From Eledone cirrhosa (taxonomy: Eukaryota): 64,000 nucleotides of DNA. The notes under the pieces are model-generated. The model made no database searches and was not told the origin of the DNA. It saw nothing but the letters and a program-made list of their open reading frames with translations. Below are positions 27,144 to 40,670 of this stretch, one piece after another. The translations under genes were made by a program, and so were the position numbers. Within the stretch, counting starts at the first letter, position 1. Each line of letters begins with the position of its first letter. The DNA is taken from positions 24,490,001-24,554,000 of the forward strand of contig OZ024757.1 in the NCBI GenBank assembly GCA_964016885.1, read 5' to 3'.

Positions 27144-27334
27144 TATATGGATACATACATACCTATATATATACAGTTATACACATATATATATATATAT
27201 ATATATAATATACATACACACACCCGTATATATACACATATATATGTATACATACATACCTATATATATATACACACACACATATATATATATATATACA
27301 CACACCCATATATATGTATACATACAAATCTATC

Positions 27335-27968
27335 ATCATCATCATCATCACCGTTTTACGTCCGTTCTTCCACGCTAGCATGGGTTAGACGGGTTGTCCT
27401 GTTGTGGGCAGTGTCTGGTCGGCTGACCATGCCTTGCTCATACAGGAACTGATCTGGCTTGATTTCTACAGCTGGATGCCCTTCCTAACACCAACCTCAT
27501 TTACAGTGAGTGCTGGGTGCTTTTTCGTGGCGCCTACACGTCCACTTTACAGTGTGGGCTGGGTGCTTTTTTGCCGTGGCACCTCCACGACCATCTTGCG
27601 GTGGGGGGTGTGGGGGCATATTGTTTATATGCTTCAGCTTGTACCCATGGGAGGTCGGGTACTCTGTATTACTGCGTGACGCCAGAAGTTACGGTCGTGT
27701 GTCATTGTCTTTGAGAGGTGTAATTGGGTAAGGTCGGCTTTTATCACCTCATCCCAGGTCATCTTGGGTCTCCCCACTCCGCGGTTTCCATCAACTTCTA
27801 GTGCTCTGCACCTTTTTATGCAGCTGTCATCCTTCATACGCATCACGTGTCCATACCAGCACAACCGCCTCTCCTGCACACAGCATTTGATTCCTCTTAT
27901 GCTCAGTCTATCTCTCAATTCATTTATGCTTTGTCATTCACGTATATTACTGTTACACATCCATCGGA

Positions 27969-27972
<4 letters not shown>
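27335..27972 (-). mobile_element. RTE 3' fragment (third family) with UTR
   Basis: [28 protein letters not shown]...GRPKMTWDE; same UTR at 48420-48865 and 29825-30190. Confidence 0.85.
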
Positions 27973-28014
<42 letters not shown>

Positions 28015-28018
<4 letters not shown>

Positions 28019-28205
28019 GTTTCTACTTTTGGCACAAGGCCAGCAATTACCCAGTACATTACTGGTACTTTATTTTATCGACCCCATAAGGATGAAAGGC
28101 AAAGTTAACCTCGGCGGGATTTGAAATCAGACCGTAAAGGGACATAACTATGCTGGAAAGCATGGCGTCCGACTCTCTACCAATACTGCCAATCCACCGC
28201 CCCTA
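28015..28205 (-). mobile_element. tRNA-derived SINE family B
   Basis: TTCAAATCCCGCCGAGGTTAACTTTGCCTTTCATCC core; copies at about 15630-15722, 20335-20445, 21783-21977, 29538-29718, 31260-31390, 39665-39822, 57090-57280, 58945-59120. Confidence 0.8.
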
Positions 28206-28619
28206 CCGATACTGCCAATCCACCGAAGGACCCAGCATATTTATCAATGCCAGTACCGGTTGTATCTCAGCGTACTCAATAGGTAATGTAAGATACATTC
28301 CCAGAGTATATACATAGTTATTCGCTTCAATACAACACACGTAAAACGGGTGCCTATAATAGTTTCGGCCTCACTTAATGCAACAGTAAGATGCACTGCA
28401 CCCTCCATCAGCATATATTATGCAACAATGCATAATCGGCGTATATATATATATATACACACACACACATATCACATTCCAAGTCTTTTAAAAATTAACG
28501 CAGTGACCATGAACGCTCTTAAAAAGATCATATAAAATGACATAATATGAGATTGATAGTTGAAAAGGAGGGAGGGGGACTTCTTACTTTTTCTGTTCTT
28601 TAGTTCACTCTTTTTCTAA

Positions 28620-29480
28620 TGTCTCAGGAAAAATCCCTAGACAGATTTTACGGGCAAAACCCATTAGCAGGAAACCCAGGGATAGACCCCCCAAGGAAGA
28701 CGGTTGGATAACATTCATGAGCTTAAGAATCCCTAGATAGATTTTACAGGCAAAACCCATTAGCAGGAAACCCAGGGATAGACCCCCCAAGGAAGACGGT
28801 TGGATAACATTCATGAGCTTAAGAATCCCTAGATAGATTTTACAGGCAAAACCCATTAGCAGGAAACCCAGGGATAGACCCCCCAAGGAAGACGGTTGGA
28901 TAACATTCATGAGCTTAAGAATCCCTAGATAGATTTTACAGGCAAAACCCATTAGCAGGAAACCCAGGGATAGACCCCCCAAGGAAGACGGTTGGATAAC
29001 ATTCATGAGCTTAAGAATCCCTAGATAGATTTTACAGGCAAAACCCATTAGCAGGAAACCCAAGGATAGACCCCCCAAGGAAGACGGTTGGATAACATTC
29101 ATGAGCTTAAAAATCCCTAGATAGATTTTACAGGCAAAACCCATTAGCAGGAAACCCAAGGATAGACCCCCCAAGGAAGACGGTTGGATAACATCCATGA
29201 GTTAAGAATCCCTCGACAGATTTTCTGGCAAAACCCATTAGCAGGAGACCCAAAGGAAAATGGTTGGATAATATCCATGAGCTTAAGAATCCCTAGATAA
29301 ATTTTACAGGTAAAACCAGCTGGCAGGAAACCCAGAGCAATATGGCTGGATAACAGCCATGAGATCAGCTGGTCATGCTTGGGGATCCAGCTGGATCAAT
29401 TGGAGACAGTTGCTTCTGACAGGACTCGCTGGAAGGAATGTTTGAGGACTCTGACTCTACAACCCTCTCAGGAATAAGTG
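28620..29480 (+). repeat. 96-bp minisatellite (about 7 units) amplified from an RTE-like ORF C-terminus
   Basis: Period 96 (28725 to 28821); reads IPRQILQAKP.SRKPR.RP..RWLD and continues into TVASDRTRWKECLRTL; unamplified relative at 60760-60990. Confidence 0.85.
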
Positions 29481-29786
29481 AGTGAAGGAGAAGAAGAAGT
29501 ATCTATTTACATGTTTACTGTGTGTTTTTTTGACAATATAATTGTTTCTACCTTTGGCACAAGGCCAGCAATTACCCAGTACATTACTGGTACTTTATTT
29601 TATCGACCCCGCAAGGATGAAAGGCAAAGTCAACCTCAGCGGGATTTGAACTCAGATCGAAAAGGGACGTAACTATGCTGGAAAGCATGGCGTCCGACCC
29701 TCTACCGATACTGCCAATGCATATATAATATTAACATATATGTATAAATATATATATATATATATGCATATATAATATAAACATGT

Positions 29787-29826
<40 letters not shown>

Positions 29827-30189
29827 ACACACGACCGTGACCTCTGGTGTCACGCAGTAATACAGAAGACCCAACATCCCCCGGGAACAAGCCGAAGCAT
29901 ATAGACAATATGCCCCCATCCCTTCCCACTGCAAGGTGGTTGTGGAAATGTCATGACAAAAAAGCATCCAGCCCACACTGTAAAATGGACGTGTAGACGC
30001 CACAGCAAAAAAGCACCCAGGACTCACTGTAAATGAGGTTGGTGTTAGAAAGAACATCCAGCTGTAGAAACCACGCCCAAATCAGTTCCCGTATGAATAA
30101 GACAAGGTCACCTGACCCTACATTGCCCACAACAGGACAACTCATCTAACCCATGCTAGCATAGAAGAATGGACATAAAACAATGATGA

Positions 30190-30217
<28 letters not shown>

Positions 30218-30224
<7 letters not shown>

Positions 30225-30408
30225 CAACAGTGACATAAACAGGTACTCAAGTTTTGTTGGTTTCTGGGTCCCAATTGAAGAAATTGGGGCCCAGAATCCA
30301 ACAAAACTTAAGTACCTGTTTATGTCACTGTTGTAATTATTTATACTAAACTCGTCCTATGGACCGAGTGCACTTACTCTTGGATATTTCCACTTTACTT
30401 TTACTTCA

Positions 30409-30410
<2 letters not shown>
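30218..30410. mobile_element. Fold-back element in (TA)n with hammerhead-like centre
   Basis: About 60-bp inverted arms 30218-30277/30283-30340; centre TTGAAGA..TGGGGCCCA-GAA(A/T)C; tail to 30410. Confidence 0.5.
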
Positions 30411-30461
<51 letters not shown>

Positions 30462-32920
30462 TATGTGTGTGTGTGTGTCTGATGGTAGCTAAGATCCTTC
30501 CATAGGCGGTATGCCGGTTGTGCACTCTATATATGCATATGTATATATATATATATATATATATATCATCATCATCATCATTTCATTTTACGTCCGCTTT
30601 TCCCTGCTTGCAAGGGTGGGACGGGAACTGATTCTGGCTTGATTTCTACAGCTGGATGCCCTTCTTAACACCAACCTCATTTACAGTGAGTGCTGGGGGC
30701 TTTTTTGCCGCGGCACCTCCACGACCACTTTGCAGTGGAATGATAGAGACCCCAGTCCCTATCATCTCATTTCTACAGCTGAGTAAACTGGAGCAATGTG
30801 AAATAAAGTGTCTTGCTCAAGGAAACAACACATTACCCGGTCTGAGAATTGAACTCACAACCTTTCGATTGCAAGGCCAATGCTCTAACCACTACACACA
30901 TACAAAGAGATCAACCGCAGATGTGGCCTGGCTGCCAGGGTCATGCACTCCCTATGTAAGCTCCTTTTGGTGCCAAAGCTCAATCTCCGAGAAGACTAAG
31001 TTCTGTATTTACAATGCATGAATCCTCCCCATTCTCCTCTAAGGAGTAGAAACATGGTCCCTCACAAAGAACCTGGCAAAAAAAGTGATTGGCGTTAGGA
31101 AGGACATCTAGTTTAGATGTCCTTCCTAACGCCAATCACTTAAGGTAGTCAGTCCAACTTTTCCGGTCTCAGAATTTGATTACCTGTCCAACCCATGCCA
31201 ACATGGAAAGCAGACAACATGATGATATACATATATAGATACATACATACATACACAACTCTGCCAAGGTTAACTTTGCCTTTCATCCTTACGGGGTTAA
31301 TAAAATAAAGTACCAGTAACGGACTGGCGTTGATTTCATCAACTTTCCCTTCCCCCAAAATTGCCCCACTGCCTAAATCGGAAACCATATATAATATTAA
31401 ATCATTCAGTGCAGTGTAATGGGGTGTAGGGTGGTGTACTGAGGTGTAGGCTGGTGTGGTGTAGTGTAGGGTGGGGTGGAGTGGTGTAGGGCAGTGTAGT
31501 GTAGGGTGGTGTGCTGTAGGGTGGTGTGGTGTAGTGTAGTGTAGTGTGGTGTGGTGTACTGAGGTGTGGGAGGGTTTGAGGTGGGGTGTGATATGGTGTG
31601 GTGTTGTGTGGTGAGGTGTACTGAGGTGTGGTGTGTATGGTATGGTATGCGTGGTGTGGTGTAGGGTGGTGTACTTAGGTCTGGTGTGTATGGTATGGTA
31701 TGGTATGGTGTGGTGTAGATGTATTGAGGTGTGGTGTGTATGGTGTGGTGTAGGGTGGTGTACTGTGGTATGTATGGTGTGCGTGGAGTAGTGCGATGTA
31801 GTGGGAAGTGTGTGTTTATGTGGTGAAATATAGTGTGGTGTGCATGTGTTTGAGGGATGTGCACATATGCATGCATGTGTTTATGTGTGTGTTTTACATA
31901 TGCATGTATGTGTGTATCATCATCATCACTGTTTTATGTCCGTTCTTCCACGCTAGCATGGGTTAGACGGGTTGTCCTGTTGTGGGCAGTGTCCGGTCAG
32001 CTGACCTTGTCTTGCTCATACGGGAACTGATTCTGGCTTGATTTCTACAGCTGGATGCCCTCCCTAACACCAACCTCATTTACAGTGTGGGCTGGGTGCT
32101 TTTTTTACCGTGGCACCTCCATGACCACTTTGCAGTGGAATGATAGGGACCCCAGTCCCTATCATCTCATTTCTACAGTTGAGTAAACTGGAGCAATGTA
32201 AAATAAAGTGTCTTGCTCAAGGAAACAACACATCACCCGATCTGAGAATTGAACTCACAACCTTTCCATTGCAAGTCCAATGCTCTAACCACTAAGCCAT
32301 GTGCCTTCATGTGTATGTGTGTGTTATATGCATGTTTGTGTGTATGCATGAGTGTATGTGTATGGTGTATGCACATGTGTGTGTGGTGTATGCATGTTTG
32401 CATGTGTGTATATGTGTGTCTGGTGTATGCATGTTTGTGTGTGTGGGTGCAGTGTATGTACTTTTGTGTGTGTATGTGTGGTGTATGCACGTATGTATGT
32501 GTATATGTGTGTGTGTGTGGTGTATGCACGTTTGTGTGTGTGTGCAGTGTATGTACATTTGTGTGTATGCACTATGTGTGTCATGTATGCATGTTTGTGT
32601 GCGTATGTGTGTGTCTGGTGTATGTGTGTGTGTGGTGTGTGAGTGTTTATGACTGTAGAGTAGTATATATGACTGTGGGGTTGTGTGTGAGTCAGACAAT
32701 GACAACTATAAAACTATCATTACAGTTTTCTCACGAAAGTTTTTTGCCTATAAAAAAATGTGAAAGAAACATGGTCTAATTTTTTGTACAATAGAGAACC
32801 ACCCAGTGTTTCTATTGTTGGAGAAACATCTACAACTTCTGGGCTGAGAACAAACCACTATACCTAACATTTGGTGGTCTGAGGAGATGGGTGCTAACTG
32901 GGTACACCACTTTCTATAAT

Positions 32921-34830
32921 GTAAATGTGAGAGATAGGCAGAGCTTGGATAAACTGAGGGAGAAACTGGGTTTTAAGAGGAATTTGAAGTTGGGTGCAGT
33001 GTAAATGTGAGAGAAAGACAGAGCTTGGATAAACTGAGGGAGAAACTGGGTTTTAAGAGGAATCTGAAGTTGGGTGCAGTGTAAATGTGAGAGAAAGACA
33101 GAGTTTGGATAAACTGAGGGAGAAACTGGGTTTTAAGAGGAATCTGAAGTTGGGTGCAGTGTAAATGTGTGAGAAAGACAGAGCTTGGATAAACTGAGGG
33201 AGAAACTGGGTTTTAAGAGGAATCTGAAGTTGGGTGTAGTGTAAATGTGTGAGAAAGACAGAGCTTGGATAAACTGAGGGAGAAACTGGGTTTTAAGAGG
33301 AATCTGAAGTTGGGTGCAGTGTAAATGTGAGAGAAAGACAGAGCTTGGATAAACTGAGGGAGAAACTGGGTTTTAAGAGGAATCTGAAGTTGGGTGCAGT
33401 GTAAATGTGTGAGAAAGACAGAGCTTGGATAAACTGAAGGAGAAACTGGGTTTTAAGAGGAATCTGAAGTTGGGTGCAGTGTAAATGTGTGAGAAAGACA
33501 GAGCTTGGATAAACTGAGGGAGAAACTGGGTTTTAAGAGGAATCTGAAGTTGGGTGCAGTGTAAATGTGTGAGAAAGACAGAGTTTGGATAAACTGAGGG
33601 AGAAACTGGGTTTTAAGAGGAATCTGAAGTTGGGTGCAGTGTAAATGTGAGAGAAAGACAGAGCTTGGATAAACTGAGGGAGAAACTGGGTTTTAAGAGG
33701 AATCTGAAGTTGGGTGCAGTGTAAATGTGTGAGAAAGACAGAGCTTGGATAAACTGAGGGAGAAACTGGGTTTTAAGAGGAATCTGAAGTTGGGTGCAGT
33801 GTAAATGTGAGAGAAAGACAGAGCTTGGATAAACTGAGGGAGAAACTGGGTTTTAAGAGGAATCTGAAGTTGGGTGCAGTGTAAATGTGAGAGAAAGACA
33901 GAGCTTGGATAAACTGAGGGAGAAACTGGGTTTTAAGAGGAATCTGAAGTTGGGTGCAGTGTAAATGTGAGAGAAAGACAGAGCTTGTATAAACTGAGGG
34001 AGAAACTGGGTTTTAAGAGGAATCTGAAGTTGGGTGCAGTGTAAATGTGAGAGAAAGACAGAGCTTGGATAAACTGAGGGAGAAACTGGGTTTTAAGAGG
34101 AATCTGAAGTTGGGTGCAGTGTAAATGTGTGAGAAAGACAGAGCTTGGATAAACTGAGGGAGAAACTGGGTTTTAAGAGGAATCTGAAGTTGGGTGCAGT
34201 GTAAATGTGAGAGAAAGACAGAGCTTGGATAAACTGAGGGAGAAACTGTGTTTTAAGAGGAATCTGAAGTTGGGTGCAGTGTAAATGTGTGAGAAAGACA
34301 GAGCTTGGATAAACTGAGGGAGAAACTGGGTTTTAAGAGGAATCTGAAGTTGGGTGCAGTGTAAATGTGAGAGAAAGACAGAGTTTGGATAAACTGAGGA
34401 AGAAACTGGGTTTTAAGAGGAATCTGAAGTTGGGTGCAGTGTAAATGTGAGAGAAAGACAGAGCTTGGATAAACTGAGGGAGAAACTGGGTTTTAAGAGG
34501 AATCTGAAGTTGGGTGCAGTGTAAATGTGAGAGAAAGACAGAGTTTGGATAAACTGAGGGAGAAACTGGGTTTTAAGAGGAATCTGAAGTTGGGTGCAGT
34601 GTAAATGTGTGAGAAAGACAGAGCTTGGATAAACTGAGGGAGAAACTGTGTTTTAAGAGGAATCTGAAGTTGGGTGCAGTGTAAATGTGAGAGAAAGACA
34701 GAGCTTGGATAAACTGAGGGAGAAACTGGGTTTTAAGAGGAATCTGAAGTTGGGTGCAGTGTAAATGTGAGAGAAAGACAGAGCTTGGATAAACTGAGGG
34801 AGAAACTGGGTTTTAAGAGGAATCTGAAGT
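32921..34830 (+). repeat. 80-bp minisatellite (about 24 units) derived from RTE ORF 3' region
   Basis: Unit GTAAATGTGAGAGAAAGACAGAGCTTGGATAAACTGAGGGAGAAACTGGGTTTTAAGAGGAATCTGAAGTTGGGTGCAGT (VNVRERQSLDKLREKLG); runs out into VQKRRLRWY at 34831. Confidence 0.92.
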
Positions 34831-35027
34831 GATGTGCAAAAGAGAAGACTGCGTTGGTATAGATATGTAATGCATTATAGATGTTGATCGCTGTGTGAAG
34901 TGCGATGCTGCATGGTTGTGAAACATGGGCCATGACTGCATAGGCTGTGCATTTACATTGCATCCAATGTTTCATTGGATGTGCAATGTAAATGTGAGAG
35001 AAAGGCAGAGCTTGGATGAACTGAAAG

Positions 35028-35500
35028 CGAGATATGTAGAGAGCTACTGTCAGACAGGTGAGAGATGTGTAGAGAGTTACAGTTAGACAGGTGAGAGATG
35101 TGTAGAGAGTTACAGTCAGACAGGTGAGAGATGTGTAGAGAGTTACAGTCAGACAGGTGAGAGATGTGTAGAGAGTTACAGTCAGACAGGTGAGAGATGT
35201 GTAGAGAGTTACAGTCAGACAGGTGAGAGATGTGTAGAGAGTTACAGTCAGACAGGTGAGAGATGTGTAGAGAGTTACAGTCAGACAGGTGAGAGATGTG
35301 TAGAGAGTTACAGTCAGACAGGTGAGAGATGTGTAGAGAGTTACAGTCAGACAGGTGAGAGATGTGTAAAGAGTTACAGTCAGACAGGTGAGAGAGATGT
35401 AGAGAGTTCCAGTCAGACAGGTGAGAGATGTAGAGAGTTACAGTCAGACAGGTGAGAGATGTAGAGAGCTACAATGAGACAGGTGAGAGAGATGTAGACA
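35028..35500. repeat. 33-bp minisatellite (about 14 units)
   Basis: AGAGATGTGTAGAGAGTTACAGTCAGACAGGTG. Confidence 0.9.
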
Positions 35501-36815
35501 GCCAATTTTAAACTCCTCTGTTGTGGCCTGGACATCTATGATGAACAACAGTGGGCTAAGAACTGAACTTTGATGAACTATCTATACCTTGTTTCACTAA
35601 ACTCACTTCTTACTCTCACTTTACTAACGGCTCCTCTGTACATGGCTTGCACTGCTCTCACAAGCCATTCCTCTACACCTAATTTCCTTAAGCACCACCT
35701 GATAATAGATCAGGGTACCCTGTCAAAAGCCTTCTCTAGATCAACAAAAGCTAAATATAGTGACTTATTCTTGGCTAGGAAATTCTTGTGTAGTTGCCTG
35801 ATTAAGAAGATGGCATGTGCCATACTTTTCCCAGGCATAAAACATCTGGTCAAATTTGACTCTTTCTCCAATTAGTTGTGCTATAACTCTTTCCATCACT
35901 TTTATAACTTGGTTCATTAGTTTTATTTCTCTATAGTTGCTCCTTTCTAGAGCATCACTTTTGCCCTTGTAGCAATTTATGATTGTACTGCTGCTAGCAG
36001 TTATTAGTTTGACCCCTACTTCTCCTGATGCTTTTAGCATCGCAACAACTATCTCTGGTGGTCCTGCAGCTTTACCATTCTTCATCTCTGATTGTTTCTT
36101 TGACCGTATAACTATCAACTTGAATAGCTGGTCCTTCTGTTGTGGGTTGTTTCTCTTCATCCCATTCATTCTCTATATTCACCAATCTCTCATAGTAACA
36201 TTTCAAGGCCTCTATCTTTTGAGCATCAGTGGTGCTAAGTACACCAACATCATTTCTACCACATGTTTCCCCAACCACATCTCAATTTACACTGGCACGC
36301 TACCTTGCACTGCAGAACACTTCATATCTCTGGTCCTCAGATCTCAAGACATTGGCAAACTTTCTTTTTTCAGACTCTCTCTAAGCTGTATATACCTGTC
36401 GTCTAGCTTCTCTCTGGGCTACCTGGTATGGTCTTTGCTACCTACCTCCATTTTTCTAGTCTTTCAATGCCTATCTCTTGGTTTTAATGGCTCTATCCAC
36501 CATGGTGTTCCAAAACCAGGTCACCCTCTGTCTGGCTGGCGCTTTACTCTAGTCACAAGTCTAGTCAGTAGTTTGCAAAAGGTTGTCACATAGGAATTTC
36601 CAGTTGTCCTCTATGTTACATGTACCTAGCTTGTCACCCCTCTCATCTAATGCATCCTGTAGGGCGTTTTTAAACCTATATTTAACTAAAAGGTCCTTTA
36701 CTTTCCAAACCCCTCTGTCCCCATATTTTCCTGCATATCTTGTTCTGGTGTTTATTTTGATGTCACTAATAACTAAATTGTGTTGGGCAGTGTATTCTTC
36801 CTCAGGGAAGTGTTT
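35500..36815 (-). mobile_element. Degenerate RTE LINE internal fragment
   Basis: [55 protein letters not shown] with stops and frameshifts. Confidence 0.85.
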
Positions 36816-37142
36816 ATAATAATATACATACAAATATATACATGTACATATATATATACATATATACACATGCATACAAATACATAAATACATACATATA
36901 TACATAATACATATATATATATATATATATACATATATATACATATATATATACATACATACATATCTACATACACACATATATATATATACATATATAT
37001 ATACATACACATATATATATATATACATATATACATTTATATATACACACATACATATATACATACATACATATATACATACACATATATATATATATAT
37101 ACACAGACATATATACATACATATATAAATACATATCTACAT

Positions 37143-37193
<51 letters not shown>

Positions 37194-37813
37194 CATACAT
37201 TTATACATACATACATATTTACATACACACACACATACATATATACATTTATATATACATACATTTATACATACATACATACATATATACATTTATACAT
37301 ATATACATACATACATACATATATATATATATGTATATATATATACATGTTTGTAGCTGTCTTGCTCCACCTACACACATCTATTGTATAGTATTGAAAC
37401 TACTTAACTAGTCAGTCCTGTATTTTTCTTGTCATTAACAATTTTCATACTTTACTAACACTTGAACTGTCATACAAGACAATATGCCTGTGTATGCATG
37501 TATATGTGAATGTATGTATGTATGTGTATGTGTGTATGTATGCACATAGACACACCTATATATATATATTTATACACATACACATATGAATAGGTATCTG
37601 TATAAGCGTGAATCTAATATAATTGAGTAAATTTGTCTCCTGTATTTTATTTGTTTCATTTTACTATATATATATGTACATATATATATATATAAATATA
37701 TATATGCCTGTATATATGTACCTATGTACATATATGCGTGTGTATGTATGTACGCATACACACCTATGCATATACAAGCGTATGTATATATTTATGTATA
37801 AATGTGTGCATGC

Positions 37814-37844
<31 letters not shown>

Positions 37845-38089
37845 TGTACATATACAGGTATATACATAGTAATGCATGCCTGTATATATGTACATATATA
37901 TATATATGTGTGTGTGTGTATTTATGTATGTTTAGGTGAAAGGTATAAGCTAATAAACAAGGTAGCCAATCCTTAGCAGCACCAAGCCCTTCTTAGTTAC
38001 CTCATATCCTTCTTAACTATGCCCTACCCTTATTATCTATTTTGTGTCTTTAATAGCTAGGACCCTCTCCTTTTTAGCTACACCCTACC

Positions 38090-38352
38090 TCTATTACCTA
38101 CAAACGTCTGGCTCAAGCCAGTCTCTGTGGTGTTAAGTAACTGAGAATACAAGACTACACCCTGGACAGGATGCCAGTCCATCGCAGGGTTAAATCTCCA
38201 GCTATTGTTGGTACTCATTTTCAGCTGAGTATCCAGGAACAACATGAAATTAAGTATTTTACTCAAGAACACAACACAACCCAGCCCAGGAATCAAACCC
38301 ACAACATTACAATTGTAAATCCAACACCCTTGCCACTAGGCCACACACCTCC
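38090..38352 (-). mobile_element. SINE family C (ATGGACTGGCATCCTGTCCAGG core)
   Basis: Copies at 39390-39645, 57500-57715 and 57770-57975. Confidence 0.65.
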
Positions 38353-39939
38353 ATACTATTAGCTATGTCCCTTTCCATCTTAGCAATGTTTTGGCCACCC
38401 TTAGCGTCACCCGACACCCTCAATAAAACCCCAACACCCTCAGCAAAGCCCCCAAATCCTCAGTAAAACCCCAACTCCTTTAGCAACACCCCAATACCCT
38501 TAGTAAGAGCCTGTCCTGTCATCAACATAATCCCTCGTTATCAAATTTCAGTCACAGTATATTACAGGTTTGGAGATACAGAGGAGATAACTGGTTTTGG
38601 AGATGGGCGAGGTGGGGTGGGGGTGGGGGGTGGGGGTGGGGGGGTGAATGAGTGGATAGCTAGATCAGTTGTGGGTGGTGGAGACTGTCATGGTTATGGT
38701 GGTGGTGGAGACTGTCATGGTTATAGTGGTGGTGGTGGTTAGGGGGAGGTTGGAAGTGTGGGAATAATATGTCATAGAAACCAGGCCATACACACGGACT
38801 GACGCATACAGACACACACACACTTACACATACACAAAAGAAACCACTATAGCACTCCAGCCCATAACCCTGGAAAAGTGGCCTGAGACAGTAATTTTTG
38901 TATAAAAGCTCACAATAGGCCGGTTCCTCATACCACCACCTTCTCCAACCCCCACCCCCTCTCTCCTATGACTCACAGTTTTGAGGTCATGTGAATATTT
39001 TGGTCTGCAACAGTAAAGACACTGGAGTCGGTGAGTTAGCAGAAATAACTGACAGCATTTGGTCTTCTTCTCCAGGGAGACCCCAGTTCAAATCCTACCT
39101 GGGTGGAGGTGAGGGTGGAAGCGAAAGGTGTGGGCGGTGGGGGACACAATGTCAGGTCATGTTGACCTCTTTTTGTTTTCATAATATATGACTTTCGCAA
39201 ATTACTTGGAAATTGAAAGGCCACGAGGTCGGTGGTCAGAGGTCGATGTAGTGACTAAAATATACCCCAACTCTGGTTAACAAATATAGGAATCTTATTC
39301 AGAAAGTGGGTGACAATTATAGGGGTGACCCAATATGAAGGGAGGAAGGAATGAACAGAACTTGTTAAAGTGCTAGATGTCTAAAAAAAATGTCTAAAGT
39401 CTGCCTCGAGCCCAGAGCCTCTTCAAGCCAGTACTTACCCCAGTTTCTGTGGTGTGAAGTAACTAAGAGTATAAGACACCTTCCTGGACAGGATGCCAGT
39501 CCATTGAGGGTTAAACAGCTGTTGCTGGTACTCATTTTCACCTGAGTATACAGGAAATGAAGTGTCTTGCTCAAGAACACAACACAGCCCAGGAATCAAA
39601 CCAACGACATTATGATTATAAGTCCAAATCACTTACCACTAGGCCACCCACCAGGGACAGGATATTAGGGCAGCAAATTGGCAGAGTCGTTAAAATGTCG
39701 GATAGAATGCTTTGTGGTATTTATTCTGGTTCTCTGCTCTCTGAGTTCAGCCAAGGTCAACTTTGCCTTTCATCGATTTGAGGTCGATAAAAAAAGTACC
39801 AGTCTTGTACTGGGGTTGATTTCAGTGTGGTTTGGGGGTAGGGATAGAAGCAAACTTGTCCCTGTGGGCTAGAGACAGAGAGGGGGGGACAGATTAAGAT
39901 ATTAATACTCACATGTCCCTGGGGGCAAGGATCACATTA

Positions 39940-40670
39940 AGCTATTAACAACACTTACCTGCCCCTGAGGGTTGTAGCAGGGGGCAGGTAACACATTAAG
40001 ATGTTAACAACACTTACCTGCCCCTGAGGGTTGTAGCAGGGGGCAGGTAACACATTAAGATGTTAACAACACTTACCTGCCCCTGAGGGTTGTAGCAGGG
40101 GGCAGGTAACACATTAAGTTATTAACAACACTTACCTGTCCCTGGGGGTTGTAGCAGGGGGCAGGTAACACATTAAGATGTTAACAACACTTACCTGCCC
40201 CTGAGGGTTGTAGCAGGGGGCAGGTAACACATTAAGATGTTAACAACACTTACCTGCCCCTGAGGGTTGTAGCAGGGGGCAGGTAACACATTAAGATGTT
40301 AACAACACTTACCTGTCCCTGAGGGTTGTAGCAGGGGGCAGGTAACACATTAAGATGTTAACAACACTTACCTGCCCCTGAGGGTTGTAGCAGGGGGCAG
40401 GTAACACATTAAGATGTTAACAACACTTACCTGCCCCTGAGGGTTGTAGCAGGGGGCAGGTAACACATTAAGATGTTAACAACACTTACCTGCCCCTGAG
40501 GGTTGTAGCAGGGGGCAGGTAACACATTAAGATGTTAACAACACTTACCTGCCCCTGAGGGTTGTAGCAAGGGGCAGGTAACACATTAAGATGTTAACAA
40601 CACTTACCTGCCCCTGAGGGTTGTAGCAGGGGGCAGGTAACACATTAAGATGTTAACAACACTTACCTGT
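39940..40670 (-). repeat. 59-bp tandem array (12 units) starting at the GTF3C5 exon E donor
   Basis: ACACTTACCT recurs at 39951, 40010 ... 40659; each unit contains CAG|GTAAGT on the gene strand. Confidence 0.92.

Noticed and set aside
32921-34830. CRISPR-like array (also 39940-40670, 58016-58740, 60120-60560)
   Set aside because: Contiguous tandem units with no unique spacers, no cas genes, eukaryotic context
38500-38600. Possible GTF3C5 last exon (TEI...DYV-like codons on minus)
   Set aside because: Motifs fall in different frames with stops; no acidic tract
39030-39110. tRNA gene candidate (GTTCAAATCC B-box)
   Set aside because: No cloverleaf could be built; more likely a decayed SINE head. 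The same applies to the other SINE heads
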